From Chrysomallon squamiferum (taxonomy: Eukaryota; Animalia; Mollusca), in NCBI GenBank assembly GCA_012295275.1, contig CM022670.1:22072001-22136000 (forward strand): a stretch of DNA of 64,000 nucleotides. The letters are read 5' to 3'. The notes under the pieces were generated by a model that did not search any database, was not told the DNA's origin, and worked only from the letters and a program-made list of their open reading frames with translations. Positions within the stretch are counted from its first letter, which is position 1; every line of letters starts with the position of its first letter. Below, one piece after another: positions 38,800 to 53,900 of the stretch. The position numbers and the translations under genes are program-made.

Positions 38800-41700
38800 C
38801 CTTGAAAGAAATCAAGTCTTTTTCACATACAGTGAAAAAGAAATATATATATTTTTTTTTTTAATAATACATTTTTTTGTTATAAATAGCATTCATAATT
38901 TTGAAACAACAGAAAGATGTATAAAGGTTACATGAAAAGAATAGTCAATTTTTTTTTTTTTTTTTAAATAATAGTCAATTTTTCCTAAATTTTCTTTCTG
39001 TCATTTTATAGTGTTTGTTTTTAAATATATATATATTCCAAATTTGGAAACTCTTGCACAATAAGTTTTCATACAGCATCTTTCCAAAAATGGTAGGATA
39101 GTTTGAAAAAAAAGATTAATGATAAAAAAAATGAAGTTTTATCAACCACATTTCCATTTATTATGGCTATAGGTGTGATGTTTTGCATCATTATTATGTA
39201 ATCTGTGTACATGCACTTTCTTTTGCTAAAAAAGCTGAAACATTTATCTGAAAAAGTATATTTTTTATGTCCATTTTCTATATAGTTCATTTTTGTTTAT
39301 AAGTCAAATTTTGTAATTTTTTGCCTAGCGTGTCCCTTTAAAGATGTAAATATTTAAAATTATTGTTCCATATTATAATTTTTTGCTAACTGAAACTTTG
39401 GAGTACAAATGATTTATATTTAACATCCTGGTAACATGGTGTAGATAATATTTAAGCAAACTCTTGTTACTTGGTGTAATATTAACAGTTGATATGAGAG
39501 AGGAAACATGCTGCTGCCACCCAGTGAGCAACCATTATCACTACAAAAATCTTTAAAAGTAAACAGCCCAAAACCATCAGGGACAGAGCTATTTTATTAA
39601 ATATCTGCATTTTACAGATTATTTTAAGATTAAGAAGAAAAACCACATAGATCCATAAAACATTCTGAGTAAACATTCACCTTTTTTTAAAATATATTTT
39701 GGGTTATTTTCAGCATGTTAGATAATTTATATAATATGTGGTGGGTGAAAAAACAAAGTAACATAGACATTAAAATACTTTGAAAATAATATTCCTTTGT
39801 GAATTTAGGATTTTAAAACCTTATATCTGTATTTTTTATATGATGAAACCAGTTGTAAAATGTCAGTCCTTTACACAACTGGACTTATTTTATTTTTTTA
39901 CAGAAGATTGGTCACATGAACTGGATATTGCCTGGAAAATTGTTAGCTTTCTCTGAGCCTGTCCCTGCTTCATTGATAGACACTTGTGGTATGAAACTAA
40001 TAATAATAATAATAATAAGGCATTTAAAGTTCCAAAATTAGAGTTCATGTTTGTATTTTTAATACTAACACCATTGTATGTCGTCTTTGTTTTGTGAAAT
40101 GCATGACAAAGATTTTTATTTATTTATTTTGTCAGACAGTTTAATATTGTCAAGGAAAAAAAATCTGAAAATTAATTTAAATTTGTTTTTAACAACTGAA
40201 GAAATAATGCAGCCATCAAAGAATATTTAACCTCTTTCAAAAATATTCAAAATTTCACCAGATGTAAATATATATTTATTGTTTTTAAGAAAAGAAAAAA
40301 AATGTCTTTCTCTGCAAAAATTGATCAAAAACCATGTCTACATAGTAATTCCTGCCAGACTATCACTGTATTTTCTTTGTGATTGCTGAAACATTTACTA
40401 ACTAAATTTCAACTGTTTATTTTTATTTTTATTTTTGTTTCTGTTGGTTTTGAAAAAATTACATATCCTGCACAATATGTAGTCAGCTTAACAAAATTTA
40501 ATCTTTTATTGTATTGTTTGATTGAAACTTAAAATTCTGTGTTCATGTTGTTATCTTTTTCTAGGTTTATTTTTGGGTTGGATAGGTATTTATTTCTTTT
40601 CTAATTTCTTAGTATTTTATGCTTATTATTTCTGTGTTTCAAAAAAAAGAAGTTAATAATAATCATCTAGCTAACAATATAAACTTGAAATGCATTTCAG
40701 TAAATTAAAAGTGAGTGTTAGACGACACTGTTGATCTAATTTAAGCTTTAACTATTTCTGAGATAACAAATATTCAAAGAAGGTTTCTGGCAACTACTTG
40801 ACAAAACAAGAAGGTTTGAATTTCTTATTGTGTTCTCTACCAAGCAGATTAATTGATGCTGAAGCTGTCCACAACAAAATGGATTTATATAAAATTAGTT
40901 TTGATTTTTGGAATACACATTTCTCCCATTTTTCATATTTAAGTTCTACTGATACCAGTACAAATTTTAATTAAGAAAAATCAATTAATTTTAAAGGATA
41001 CCAGGGAAATGCACTCTAATTTAATACAGTTTTTATTTTTGTTGGTTTTGTTCTATTTTAAGTTTCAGAAATACATGCCTTAATGTTGTATATTTCCTTT
41101 TGGAAAGATGCTTTTGTAGTAAACGTTTAAAACTTTTCTCTTCCTATTTTTTTTTTTTTTTTTTAAATTATTATTCACCGAAATTGTTTCTCTAGTTTAA
41201 GGGATCCAGAACATCAGTTTAAAACCAAAACATTAAAATAAATAAAATTAGAAAATAATAATTATTCATCAGTTGTCAAAGATACATATGTAATGTCATT
41301 GTTTTATGTGAAAAAGTAAATAATTGTAACAAGTTTCCAATGAACATACTCAAGCAAATCACTCCAGAATGACATAAATGTCAAGAATTTGCTGTGCTTC
41401 AAAGACAGAAAATGCAATTTAACTTGGGAGACCAAAGATATTTCTTACCATTGTTAATAATTTTTCATGTATTCTGTTTCACTCTGCAGTGAGTAGAAAA
41501 TGAAGATCTCAAGAGGACTGATAACAACAAATATCTACCTTACAGTGGACCACATACAAAGAGCAGGCTAGAGTTTGGTATGACTGAGAAATCTTTCACT
41601 TCAAATCAAGCTTTGTGTGGCATGCCTTTCCATATTTATTAACAGTGCTCTGTATTCATGACTATGATGCAGCTCTAAAAAGAGAAAGAAAAACAATATA

Positions 41701-42685
41701 ATATTTGTTTTAATACTTTTGCTTCATGTTGCCAAAAACTTTTTCTTCTAGTCTGATTTGGTGCCTATTTATTTAACATCATTGCAAATTAAAACATTTT
41801 TTGATTCACCTTAACATTTTAAAAATATTCCTTAAAGATGCATTACAGAGGGAAGTTAATTGAATGATATTTAGGAACATTGGTACATTTAGTCATAAAT
41901 GGTTGATTATATGTGTCATATAAGTGAATAACCCATACACAGAAAATAACTTATTTTAATTAATACTGAAGTGAAATCTTTGTAGTGCAAAATGTCACAT
42001 AATTCATAAATAAGCATGCTTTTTCAGATGTCTTACTTTAATTTTTTCAAAGGTTAATAACTCATGAATAGAGATACAATGGAAAATTTTCAAACACTGG
42101 AGCTGATAATTTAATTTTAATAAAATCTTAGAAATGATTTTTTACTTGGTAAAGTTTATAGAATATTTGTTTAATATTCTGTGATTGCTGTAAACAGTGT
42201 GTCTGAAAGACAACTTTATCTTCTTTTCAGGTTATGATTAAAAACTCCGGAAGACATTATTCCATTTTTCAGAATCAGTAATGTCACAGACATAATACAT
42301 ATTACAAAACCTATTTACAATTTCACAAAGTTTTCTGAAGGTTTTGAATTTAATGACCTCTACTTTGGAGCCGCTCCAAGCCATCCGACCATCCTGCTAT
42401 TCCTTGACATGGTGGAACATTCCAAAGGAGCAACAGCTGTTCACTGTAGAGGAACAGGTTTGGCTTTTTCTCTCATTTATTCAGTAAAATTTGTTCATTT
42501 ACTATGTGAATATTTAAATTTATTTTCAGATGGTTTGGGTCGGACAGGCACACTAATGTGCTGCTATTTGATGAAACACTTCATATTCACGGCTATAGAA
42601 GCCATAGCATGGAATAAAATACTGCGTCCAGGATCTGTGATTGGGCCACAGATGACATTTCTCAATACATATGTTTACATTATAT

Positions 42686-42729
42686 ATGTGTGTGTTTTGT
42701 GTGTGGTTGTGTGTGTGTGTGTGTGTGTG
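42686..42729. repeat. Interrupted (GT)n microsatellite
   Basis: Seen directly. Confidence 0.9.
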
Positions 42730-43965
42730 GAATTAATTAAAATGTGTATGTCAGTTTGCAGTATGTCAAACCAGACCGTTAGTAAGATGTGATAAACGAT
42801 CTTGAACCATGTTTCTATGAAATAAAATGTTTTATTAGAAGAATAAGAAAGAAAGAAGGAAATAAACATTATTTATTGACAAATAGTTACAAGTATAAAG
42901 CTATTGTTTCAGAATACAGCATTGACTTTGGAAAGAAGGTGATTTGTATCGAGCACATAAGAAGAGAAGCAAGCTATGGTTTTCTAGAATGTTAAAATGG
43001 ATTTCTGACCACATCATTAATCCCTTGATTGAAGATAATGTAAGTATTATAGCATGATTAAAAAAAAGGCATATTTGTTGAAAAGAATATATTTTAATAT
43101 TAGATCTGTTTATCACTGTGATGATGTTAGCATCAAAGAATCAAACCTCATTAATAAATCATTTCTGAATTGAAGCATTTGAAGAAAAAATGGTACAGCA
43201 TCTTTAATGTATTTCGCTTTGATAATATTTCTTGAAGCAGTTTCTGTTTTTTTAGTTATTTCTCACATAAAAGGAAATTAATAAAAGTAATTATTAATAA
43301 GTTTTTAAAAGTAATGTATAAAAAGCGAGGCATTGGTCCATTGAAAGAGATTTATGTTACAAGTTATCATTAGAAATGAAAATAAGATTATTGGATTATA
43401 AAATATAATTTTTTCAGGAGGAAGAAGTGCAGGGCAGGAATAACAGAAAATGTCTATTGTCTGATGTCCCTGAGTATGAAACTTTCATAGCTTTGTAATA
43501 ACAGCAGTCTGTGTCCATACATGAAAAACACGACAGATAAATACTCTTAATTCTGAGTAGCTAATACAAATATTCATGTACTCCAGCTATTGCTTTGAAT
43601 TTTTTTTTGAAATACGTATAATTTAGATGCTTTAGATAATAATATTGTGTGTATGTGTATAAATATATATATATATATATGTATGTATTGCATTAAATTA
43701 GTGAAATAACAGATTATTTTACTTTATCTCCATGGTAACCCTACAAAATAATAGTTTTCTGCAAAAAGGTCTGGGAAACAGGACCTGACAGTTGACGTTT
43801 ATTGAAAATGTTATGTAAGAAAACTGTTTTAAACATTATTTTAATAAGGTGTTTACTTGTGTTATTTTTTATCATTTTGTTCATGAGTTTGATCATTGTT
43901 TTCTAATTTTTGTTTCAGTGATAATCAAATGAGAGGGCTTAGGAAAAGATTAAGAATTCAACAAG

Positions 43966-43996
<31 letters not shown>

Positions 43997-46900
43997 CAAT
44001 ACAACTGATGTCACAGTCATCTTTTTGCTGATGAGTGAAAATAGTTTGAAATTTTTCTTGTATTACCAGTGAACAGGTGTAAATTGGACTTTGTTTTATG
44101 AGATTTTAATTTTTTATATACACAACTAGGTTAAATGTTGTCAGCTTTCTTGTGATTAGATACAAAACAAGACATAACAGGCTATCAACCAACATCAAAT
44201 AAAATATAAAATTATAACAAACAACTTGATAGTGTATGTACTATTAATAATCTTCAACTCTTCCATTCATGTACCTTTTGTTTAAAATATAAACAGCAAA
44301 ATAAATTTTAATCTTTTATTTCATCCTGTTACTGGTGCATCTTGGGCAGTAGAAAGAAAATAATGCAAAAACATTTGATAAGATGTGATTGCCACATAAC
44401 GGTAGTTTAAGTATTTTCTTTATTTTTTTTGAAAATCATATATATTCTGGCTAGTTAGATTAAAGTATTTTTTATATTAAAATGTCTAAATGGTATATTC
44501 TTATTTATAACCACCTCCCATACTGTTGAATACTCTTCAATAACATTTGTTATACAGTTTTAGGAATGGATTTCAATTAACAGTGTTAATATCTTAAAGT
44601 AATTTTTTTTACATCATGTGAAGTTTTCAGTGACTGCTATTAGAAGAGAATTTATAATTGTTATTTCTCATTTCAGATCACCACTTGCTTCTTGCTCCTA
44701 CTAAGAATTTGGATTTATGACAACAAATGATTTGGCTGAATTGTGATTTCCATCAGGAGCTTTTAGCACTGAAAATAATGAAGTCTTACTTTTTTTAATT
44801 TATCATTTTTTCTTTTGTTGGTTTTGTTTTGTTTTGTTTTTTCTTTTTATTATTACAATTGTTATTTTATATTATATAAGTTGTTCTAGCATTTAATTCA
44901 TGTAGGCACTGGGTACAGAAACTTTTAAAATGTCGTTATAATATTTTCTATTATCTTGTTTTATTGTTTAATATCATACAGAAGAAGAAATTCATTGATA
45001 AAACTGAATTAGTATTTTGTTTTTTAAAAGTGATTCATTTTATCAACCTGATCATGTACGCATGTAATTATATGAAAAATACATTTATATACTATTAACT
45101 TCATCTTTATTGTTAAAATATTCTTATGCATCGTTATAATGTACAAGTGATTTGTCATTATAATACTTTTAATTAGCTTGTTTTTTGTGGGGTTTTCTTT
45201 TTTTGTTTTATATCGTATAGCAGTGGTGTGTAAATAAGAATATGAAATTCACTTTTAAAAATGAAATAGCTTGGTCATTCCATTTTACACACACATATTT
45301 ATATATAGATTTATATATAAAATGTATGTATATATGTGTATGTATCTATTTTTATATATGTGTACATACACATATATACGCACATATTTTTTAACATCAT
45401 TTTTTTATTGTTAATATATCATTATAATGCACAAGACATTTTTGATAGCAGCTATTCTTCATATGTGGCAGAACCTGTCTATTAAATGTCTAAAGACTAA
45501 CTAAGCTTTAATAGACATTTTGCTAGTTCTGAAACTGCACTGAAAATGTCATTCCAATATTTTATTTCATTTCAATCTTTTTTTGTTGTTGTTCTGGATC
45601 AAGTAGAAAATGTGTATAAATGTGTACAAAATTAATTTTTAAGAATTTCAGATTATGACAGATTTAAAGTGTTCATTTTCAAAACCACCAAAAAATAGAT
45701 AGCTATAAATATTTTTTGCCTCAGACAAGTAATTTCAAATTTTGTCTAGAAAGTTGATAAAGTAATTAAATAAATATACACCAAGTTTTAATTTATTGTA
45801 AGGTTTGCCAATTGATTGGTTTTTATAAACTTTATCATGTTTGCTATATGTATGCCTGCATGTTATTACATACGTCAAATAAATTAATTTTTAGAGTAAT
45901 TATTATTAATTTAATTTTTATATGTGTTATTATTCTTGTATCTTTTTCTTCAGTCAGTCTCTGTTCTTACTTTATAATTTAATTTGCTTGTTAAAAGACA
46001 GCATACTGGTTATGAAAAATATCTTGACATATATTTGCATTTGATCATTAGCTTTTTCTATGATCTGTTAACGTGTACATAATCATTTGTTAACAAAACT
46101 AAAATTCCTTTAAATACTTATATGCATGGGAATTTTTTTGTTCATTATTGTATAGAAAATGTGTGCAGTACTTGTTCATTTTAAAAGTTATAAACAATAG
46201 CATGGTCATTCCTTTATTAAATATGTCTGTGTGTGTGTGTGTGTGTGTGTATGCATGCCCATGTTTTATTATTATTATTGTGTTGTTCTACAGACTTTAT
46301 AGATTTTTCTGGGTTTTTGTTTTAGGGTTTTGTTTTTTTTGTTTTACTTTTCTTTCTTTTTTTTACTGTGGTTGGGGTTTAACCTTAAATTCTGACCATG
46401 TTCATGCACAAAAAATTAAATTCTTTTATACCTACAATCCGAGTTGTTGTATCTGTTTAATATACATATATGATACTGACTATTTCATTTAAGTTAAGTT
46501 CAGACGTTTGAATATTTGTTGTTATATTTCACAAGTATTAGAGGAACTCAGAATAACAAAGGTTCAAACATAATCCACATTTTATCAATTTATAAATTCT
46601 TAGTGATAAACTTACATATTCTTGAAAAAGTACATGACTTGGACACTAAGAATGATCATTTTTTCTATCAGTTTTTTTTTTAAAACCACCAACATTAGCT
46701 TTTTTGTTATCTGACACAAAACTGAATGTTTAACTGAATAATGCAAACATTTTAGAAAAACCTGAATTACAAAAAATTGCATTATCTGGTGAACAGTCAC
46801 TTGTTAAACTAAATAGTTTCTTTCAGACCTAAGCTCTTTACTACTCTATCCCAACATTTATTGTTATCTGGATGGTGTATTCTTGTTTGCTTAAGTATTG

Positions 46901-47729
46901 CACGCACACACACAAGAACACACATCATTTATTGGGAGATATAAGAAATAAATAAAAAATCTTAAAAATGCCAGAACTCTTTACTAACAATACTGTGACA
47001 TCATATGGAGAGTATTGAGAAAAAACAAGTAAAACTATTTCTTATGAGAATTTACCTATGTGTCATTAACTCTCCCAATTGACTGAACAATAGGCCCCAA
47101 AAAGAAATAAAAGTTAATGTCCTGCTTCAAGTAGCACAAGAAGTACATAATGCTCAAAAGCAGGTCTCTTGTGCATGACATCTGATCAGCTGACTGTAGC
47201 ACTATTTCACTAGGTTAAAAAGTTAAATCACTTTTTAATATATAATAATACTTATCACTATTCATTTTCCTTCTTCATACTGAAGTTGTATTCATCATTT
47301 TGGATCTAATAATTTTGCTTTTTAATTTATTATTGGGTTTTTATTATGGTTTGAATTATTTTTCTTTTGTTATTGTTAGGATTTTGATTAAATTGATTTT
47401 TAAATTATTTTTATTTATTTATTTGCAAAATATTCAGCGAGTCAGTAACATTAATACGCAGTGTTTTAAGTATGTCTCATTTCCTATCATTCATATCTCC
47501 ACCAATTAAAGATTTTTTTCTTTAACTTTCATTTTGTAAAATAATCTAACTAATCTCGAAATTTCAAGCCATCTAATGATCTATTTTTGTGTACTGCATA
47601 CACGAAGTCCATTTATTTTGTGGTCTGGACCTTGAGAAAATTTCTGTATTAACAACGCCAATCAAAATTATTTATTTATAACACAATAATTTTAACAAAT
47701 ACAATAGTGATACATGTAAACGTATTCAA

Positions 47730-47910
47730 CTAATTCCGTAGCAACCTTACGCTTACATTTAAAACGGAAATAGTATGCTTCTAACATAAACGCAAGCAGG
47801 TGCGCCTGAGAATCGTTTTGGGCCAATCAGCGAACAGTGATACTCTGGCGAGTCTTATCCAGTTTTAAGAAGCCATTTCAAGTGCATTTTGGGATAGAAA
47901 CCTGTTCAAA
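47730..47910 (+). promoter_or_regulatory. Probable promoter/5' UTR of the RAVER-like gene
   Basis: GGCCAATCAG CCAAT box at 47821-47830, CGGAAA at ~47765 and CpG enrichment, ending at AAAATGGCCG (good start context, YY1-like). Confidence 0.6.
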
Positions 47911-50900
47911 ATGGCCGCTTCAGAAGCGGTGCAAACTTCAAATATTGAAAGTCAAATTGAATCGTCTGGAGATTGTGGAAAAAGTATTAAAGAAGATACA
48001 ATGGACCAAAATGATACAGAGAAAAAAGCAGACGAAGAATGCGATGAACCACAAACTAGACATCCATTATCACTTCAAGCTGAGTCTGAATTCAACAAGC
48101 ATCAAAAATTACTTATCAGAAATATGAAATCACCAACAAATGAGGTATTCTAGCGGCTCAGTAGAAGTCTTTAATAATATAGCATAAGAAACTTAAGTTA
48201 ATTTTTAACCATTAGAAATTTTATTTTAGTTTCATGTTCTCTTTTTGGTGGTTTTATTTTTTCCTGTTTTTTTTTTTTTTTTTTTTTTTTTTAATTATTT
48301 TTATTTAAACTTTTTCTAAGTTTTTTTTAAACAAAATTTCAGCCTAAAAGTTTGGCAGTGTACGAATGGTACATATAAACGTGTAAATGCACGTACGTAA
48401 CAAAATTTTAATTTTCGTCAAAAAAAGACGTACAAATTTGAAATTAAGATTATTTCTGCACTGACCGTAAAGAGCAAGGACTCGAAGGAGGAAAACAGAA
48501 TAAAATATTTATATTAGTAACTTGAAAATTAAAAGTAAAATTCAAGTAATTTTTGCGTGTATTTCAACTTTTGCAGATGCAAATCTGTGATTAAAGTTCA
48601 TTAAATTCTTTTAACATTCAAACATGAGGCAGTAATAGTTTGTTTAAAGTCCATACTGCCAAATGATAGAAGTCTGTCTGTGTTGATGAATGTTGATGGT
48701 ATTTGCACATTTTTGGAATTGATAAAAGAACTCACCTTTTTTCACCTGGAAGATTTTCTGGGAAAATTAAAAATACTTTTAGAACAGCAAAAGGAAATAT
48801 TAAACACCAAGCAATAGACAAATATAATTACTAAGGTTTTATTCCAGCAATATTAAAAATGGATGAACTATGACATTAGTTCTACTTATGGTTCCTGTCA
48901 GATAGATGAAAAATCTAGCACAGACTCGGGGTTAGGGTCTTGGGTATTGGTGGAAAGTAGTTTTATCTTAACCTACAGTTGTTTCTTCATAAAGGCAATT
49001 CAGAAATTATGAAAAAAAGTAACCAGGCCATTTCTGGAGATTCACATGCAAAAATATATTTTCTTGTTGCACTGAGGAGAAAGGAAACTTAAATACAAGT
49101 AAGTTTTTGAGTTATCAGTTCCCATCATTAGATGATAAAACTGGAGGGGGGGGTTAATAAAATACAGAATAAAAATACTTTCCACACTGTTGTATATCTA
49201 TGAAATTCACTCTTTTCCACCCATTTTGAACTGCAATTGAGATGTATAATAGAGACGTTTAAAACAGCAGCTGGCATAATGGTTGATGGCTATTACCATC
49301 CAGATAAATTGGTTTTTTAATTCTAATTATTATTATTTTATTTATTTTTTACAATTTTATTATTCAGTAGGAAAAAACGAAACCAAATCTAAAATGTCCC
49401 AAGATTTGTATATTGTTCCAAAATATGACAACCAATATATTTTTGGAAAATGAAATAATAGATATTCCAAAGTGTGAGTAAGTGTATTTTACCACTCTGC
49501 CTTCTATATATCATTATATGGTTGAAGCTGGATTTATCCAAGCTAATTTATAATGTGGAACTTGGAAGAAAGAGAAGACTTAAGATCAATGTTTACAAAT
49601 CATCAAAATATATTTTAGTTCAGTATAAAATTGTCATATTGCTTAATTGTAAATGTTGTAATTTGTAAATTTATACAATACTGTAATTACTATTATTCAA
49701 GCAGATTTAATATTAAAAAACAAATATCAGTTGGGAACTCCAGATTTTTATGACATCATGAAATGGACTGGTGATATAGAGTTCGACAATCCATTGATAG
49801 TTCCTTTCTCGGTTGCAGTTGGGACAGGATTGCTACCAAGTAAACTAACATAATGTCAGCTGTTACAGAGTTTATCTAAAATACACTAGAGATAGACACA
49901 AACATATTGAACATATTTATTACTTTTTACTGGAGTTTATATCTGAAGAATTACTATAAGAGCAAAAACAAAACTATTCAGTCTGAATTTTGTACAAACT
50001 TTATTATGAAACACAACTGGTTTATAGAATCAAAAATCATGACCACCTTTCTAGCTTGTCTTGTATGTGAGCTAGCTTGGTGCTGATAATTCCCAATATA
50101 AGTGCCAGATGTTACTAAAATGTTAAGATAAATGTACACATTTGTAAAATTGTTTTAACTAGATCAGATGATTTGCATATCTTCACACATGTAACAAAAT
50201 ATATCTGAAAGAGCAAAATATTCTCTGAATATTAGACTTTAATCATTTGTATTTGGTGATTTGTGACACATTAATCTATTTTTAAGTCCAACGAGTCTTG
50301 AATAAAAGCTAGTAATTTGATATTTTCAATACATTTGTCAAAAACTGATGTTAAATGAAATTTTAATTGTTTCAGTGTTTGTGAATTTTCCATATCTAGA
50401 TGGAGGTATTTATAGAGAAAATTTGTGCTTTTGCATGCATTGTTGTTGTTTTTTTGTCTCCGTTTTATATATTCTCTCTCCATCTTGTATGATTTTGGCC
50501 ATAAATCACCACTTTCAGTCACAATTTGAAACTCTTGTTTGATTTCTTGGTCAGTTCATTTTTATTAGTAATTTTTTTTTCTCTTAACATTGTGCTCTAG
50601 TTTCTTCTTTATCTTGTTTCATAGCTTCCTGGAGTGACCCCTGCTAGCTTATGTGCTAGTAAAATAAGGAGCATTAAAACTGATAATACAGAGATCATAT
50701 TTGATAGCAATCAAGTTTTAAAAAAAGCATTTTAGTCAACAGATTGTTTAATTTTAAGAAAACTGAGTTGTATATCAGAAATATTTAAAAACAAAATGTT
50801 GGTTAAATTGAATATCTTCATGAAAAAATTGTTTTTCAGAAAGTTGAAGAATTCTTGAAAGGCTATGAATTTGAAGATACCATCATTTCTGATTTGACAT

Positions 50901-53900
50901 TTGAAGGTATGTTGCATTTTTTTTGTATTTAGATAATTGATATGTTTACTCTATTTAAAAAGAAAAGAAAAAATTGTTTCTATACATTGAAATTCATACA
51001 TTCTTTTGTGTAAAAATAAAATAAGAAAAAAAAAAGAGAACTGTTTAAACATTAAAAATTAAATAAACTACTTAATACTTTGTGCTGATACTTACGGAAT
51101 AATTTTCTAAAGTAATAATAATTATATATTTTAAAGTAATGGTGACTTTGAAGAATGGTGATCAGGCTGATGAAATCATTAGTAAACTGAATCAGAAAGA
51201 GTTTGAAGAACAAGAAGTTACTATTGCAAAATGTCTGAACAGCAAATTGGTTTGCGTTGCACATTTACCACTGGATTATAGTGAAGAAAATTTCCGTGAG
51301 CTTGTATCCCCACATGGTTCAATTGAGAGGTGCTTTCTGATGAAAACGGATTATACCGGTAATTTAAAATGTTATAGATTTTCTTTGATTTTTTCATTAA
51401 TTTTTAGTTAAAAAAATTTAATTGAAAAGAGTAGTATCTGAAAATAAATCTGTTTTGTCTTAGTGTAAGGACTGAAGTAAAACGAATTTGCGTCGCTGTT
51501 TCTAAAAAAAAATGACAGATTGTAGAGAAAAGCTACCAATGACTCATGTTGCACATTAAATTACAAAATATTCTGTGATCAGATATCAGGAGATTCTTTA
51601 ACCCTTTCAGACTTTCATTTTGATGAGAGAAACAATGCTTGTGTACTCTAATATGGCTAGTTAATAATTTCATGCATCGCCATGTTATGGAATGGCAGAA
51701 AATTTCATTTGCAGAGCTGATAATTTGATACTTTTTAAGTAGGCATCCCAAATACAGAATATTCTGTAAAACATTCACACAAAATATTTATGTTCACTTT
51801 TTAAAGACAGATGTTTGATTTTATAAAATTAAGTATGTTTTGAAACTTGAAAAAAGAAGGAAAAAAAGGTTTTGAAAATAATTGATTATTTTTTAATTTA
51901 ATATTAACAGTTGAATGTTATTTATTATCAGGTGAAAGTAAAGGATATGGATTTGTTGAGTTTTCTGAAGATGGCAGTAAAACTACAAACATGTGTGATG
52001 AACTTGACTGGAAGGAAATTCAGAATCATAGACTGAATGTTGACTTTGTGGAAGATCACCTTCAAGTGTTCCACAAACTGCATTCCAGATGTCTGCTGAT
52101 TGATAATCTACCAACAGATTTTACTGATGTATCGAAGCTGAGAGAGATTTTCAGCTCTGTTGTTAGTCCTGTTTACTGTCAGGTAAATATTTACTTTGAA
52201 CGTTTTTATTTTATAAGTAAGCAATTGAATATTTATGATTTATGGTTAGAATGTAGTGCAGAATTTTGACCATAGACCATCTCAAGCTGTTACCATTAGA
52301 TCATTAAATTGTCTTCAGTGTGCCTGAAATAATTTAATAATTAAACATAAATGTTTTTCTTAGAATGCCTCATAAAATGAAACTGTTCTTTTATTAAGAA
52401 GGTTAAAGGAATTTGGTAGTAATAGAATTTCTTTGTTAAACTAATAGCTCATTAATTCCTGTGAAAAAATATCCATGAAATGATACAATACTGAGTTTTC
52501 TGCAGCTGATAGTAAAACATTTAATACAACTGTATTTTAGTAATTTGTGGTATTAATACAGTTTTTAAAAATCTAGGTTAACATTCCCAATTTATTTTAG
52601 ATATTGATGCAAGACACTGAATCGTTAGGCTATGGAATAGTAGAATTCCGTCAGCCTAAAGAAGCTGAATTAATGTGGCAGAAACTTCAGAATTACAAAA
52701 TAAACGACACTGAGATTTCCCTGACATTCTGCATACCTGGCAGACATGCTGTTTCAATATACAACAGAATTATGTGGAAAATTGTAAGCTAATTTTGGTT
52801 AATTTGTTTTCACACAACATTATAATGACCAGATTTATGATTCAGTTCATTATACTACTGGCTTGATGGGAGATGAATATAAATTGTCAAAATAGATTTT
52901 TTTGGTGTATCATAAAAGATAAATAGTTAGGTTGTTAATTATATGTATCAGTTCAAAGTGAATGAGTTAGCTTTCATTATATTTATTTATGTGAATTAAT
53001 TATCTGTTGAATAGAATTATAGCACAGCTGTAAGCTTTTGCTAAATTAATTGATGATGTAGGTGATAATGCATAAAATGGCTTATTAGTCACTTTCAGTT
53101 TTTAACTTTTAACATAGTAAAACTTACGATAAAACATTTTGAATTTCATAGAATGATAAGTTGACAGCAACAGACAAGAACAGTTTGTTACCTGATCCAG
53201 TATTTGTGAGTCCATTGGTGACAAATGCACCTCTTGTGAAAAGTCTCACTTCACAGTATCCACAGTGTAAGTGTGTTTTTTCTTTTTATCTTCAATAGAT
53301 AGTTTCTTGGTTTCTGTAGCTTTACATAATGTACCACAAATAGAAAGTTAACTGAAAAATACATTTCTTGTAATATGTAATTATTTTATATCATTCATTA
53401 TATTTTGTTATTAATATGTAACAGTATATATTTCCTGTTTCAAGTTTTTAGTAAGCAGAAATTAAAAGCCTGATGAAATGAAAACATAGTATTCTGTATG
53501 ATTTGCAGTCTATTTTAAACATTATTTTTCATTAGTATATTATCAGTTTTTTTTAATTTTTAATAAAGAACATTCAGATTGTCATACACATTTTTAGAAT
53601 TGATATTTTGGCAGGAAGATATGATTTGATTTGATTTTAATTTATTTTTCCTTCAGTGAATGATAACTTCACAAAAGTGCTGCAGCATCTACATGATTCA
53701 TATATGAAGCAAGTGATGTCTCGTAACTGCAAACCAGGTTTTTAAAAAAACAATTATCATAAAAAATCTAATTTCATGATGTTTTTATCCAGTTATGTGA
53801 TTTTTATATGCTAGACAATTTGTGTTTGATAACAACTATATTAGAATTCTTATTAGCTACTTGGATTTTAAACTCAGATTTTTTATGTGATTTGATTATT

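Larger units (their letters stand above)
36531..42668 (+). pseudogene. CDC14: Unprocessed pseudogene of a CDC14A/B-like dual-specificity phosphatase
   Basis: Exon remnants: 36531-~36620 (DRLY*TAL...HFFSIDEEFTY), 37061-37117 (FNGDFG fused out of frame to RKITNATYLIACYS), 37320-37399 (ILYLGKTPQQAYR), 38190-38256 (DSTF...YDLTLLDCLQDIKK), 39904-39988 (GHMNWILPGKLLAFSEP), 42231-42457 (...AVHCR), 42530-~42668 (GLGRTGTLMCCYLMKH...AIAWNKILRPGSVIGPQ). Lesions: TAG 36542-36544, TG|A stop across a junction, frameshift at ~42236, lost donors. Confidence 0.88.

Noticed and set aside
38699-38935. Poly-Leu ORF resembling a membrane peptide; its HNFET end might be the missing CDC14 exon
   Set aside because: The Leu run is a trinucleotide microsatellite, and the CDC14 similarity is too short to support.
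39000-39342. Possible TTAA-type DNA transposon end (TGTCCCTTTAA); similar motifs near 7437, 40991 and 41197
   Set aside because: No matching opposite terminus or target duplication could be established by eye.
42409-42792. 127-aa ORF as a functional mini-phosphatase
   Set aside because: It reads through a 72-nt intron inside the P-loop and on into a GT microsatellite; part of the pseudogene.
45476-45517. Inverted repeat TGTCTATTAAA...TTTAATAGACA
   Set aside because: Short, AT-rich and isolated; not enough for a miRNA or transposon call.
46148-47509. Hydrophobic ORFs between CDC14 and RAVER
   Set aside because: Products of T-rich low-complexity and GT repeats, with no coding signal.
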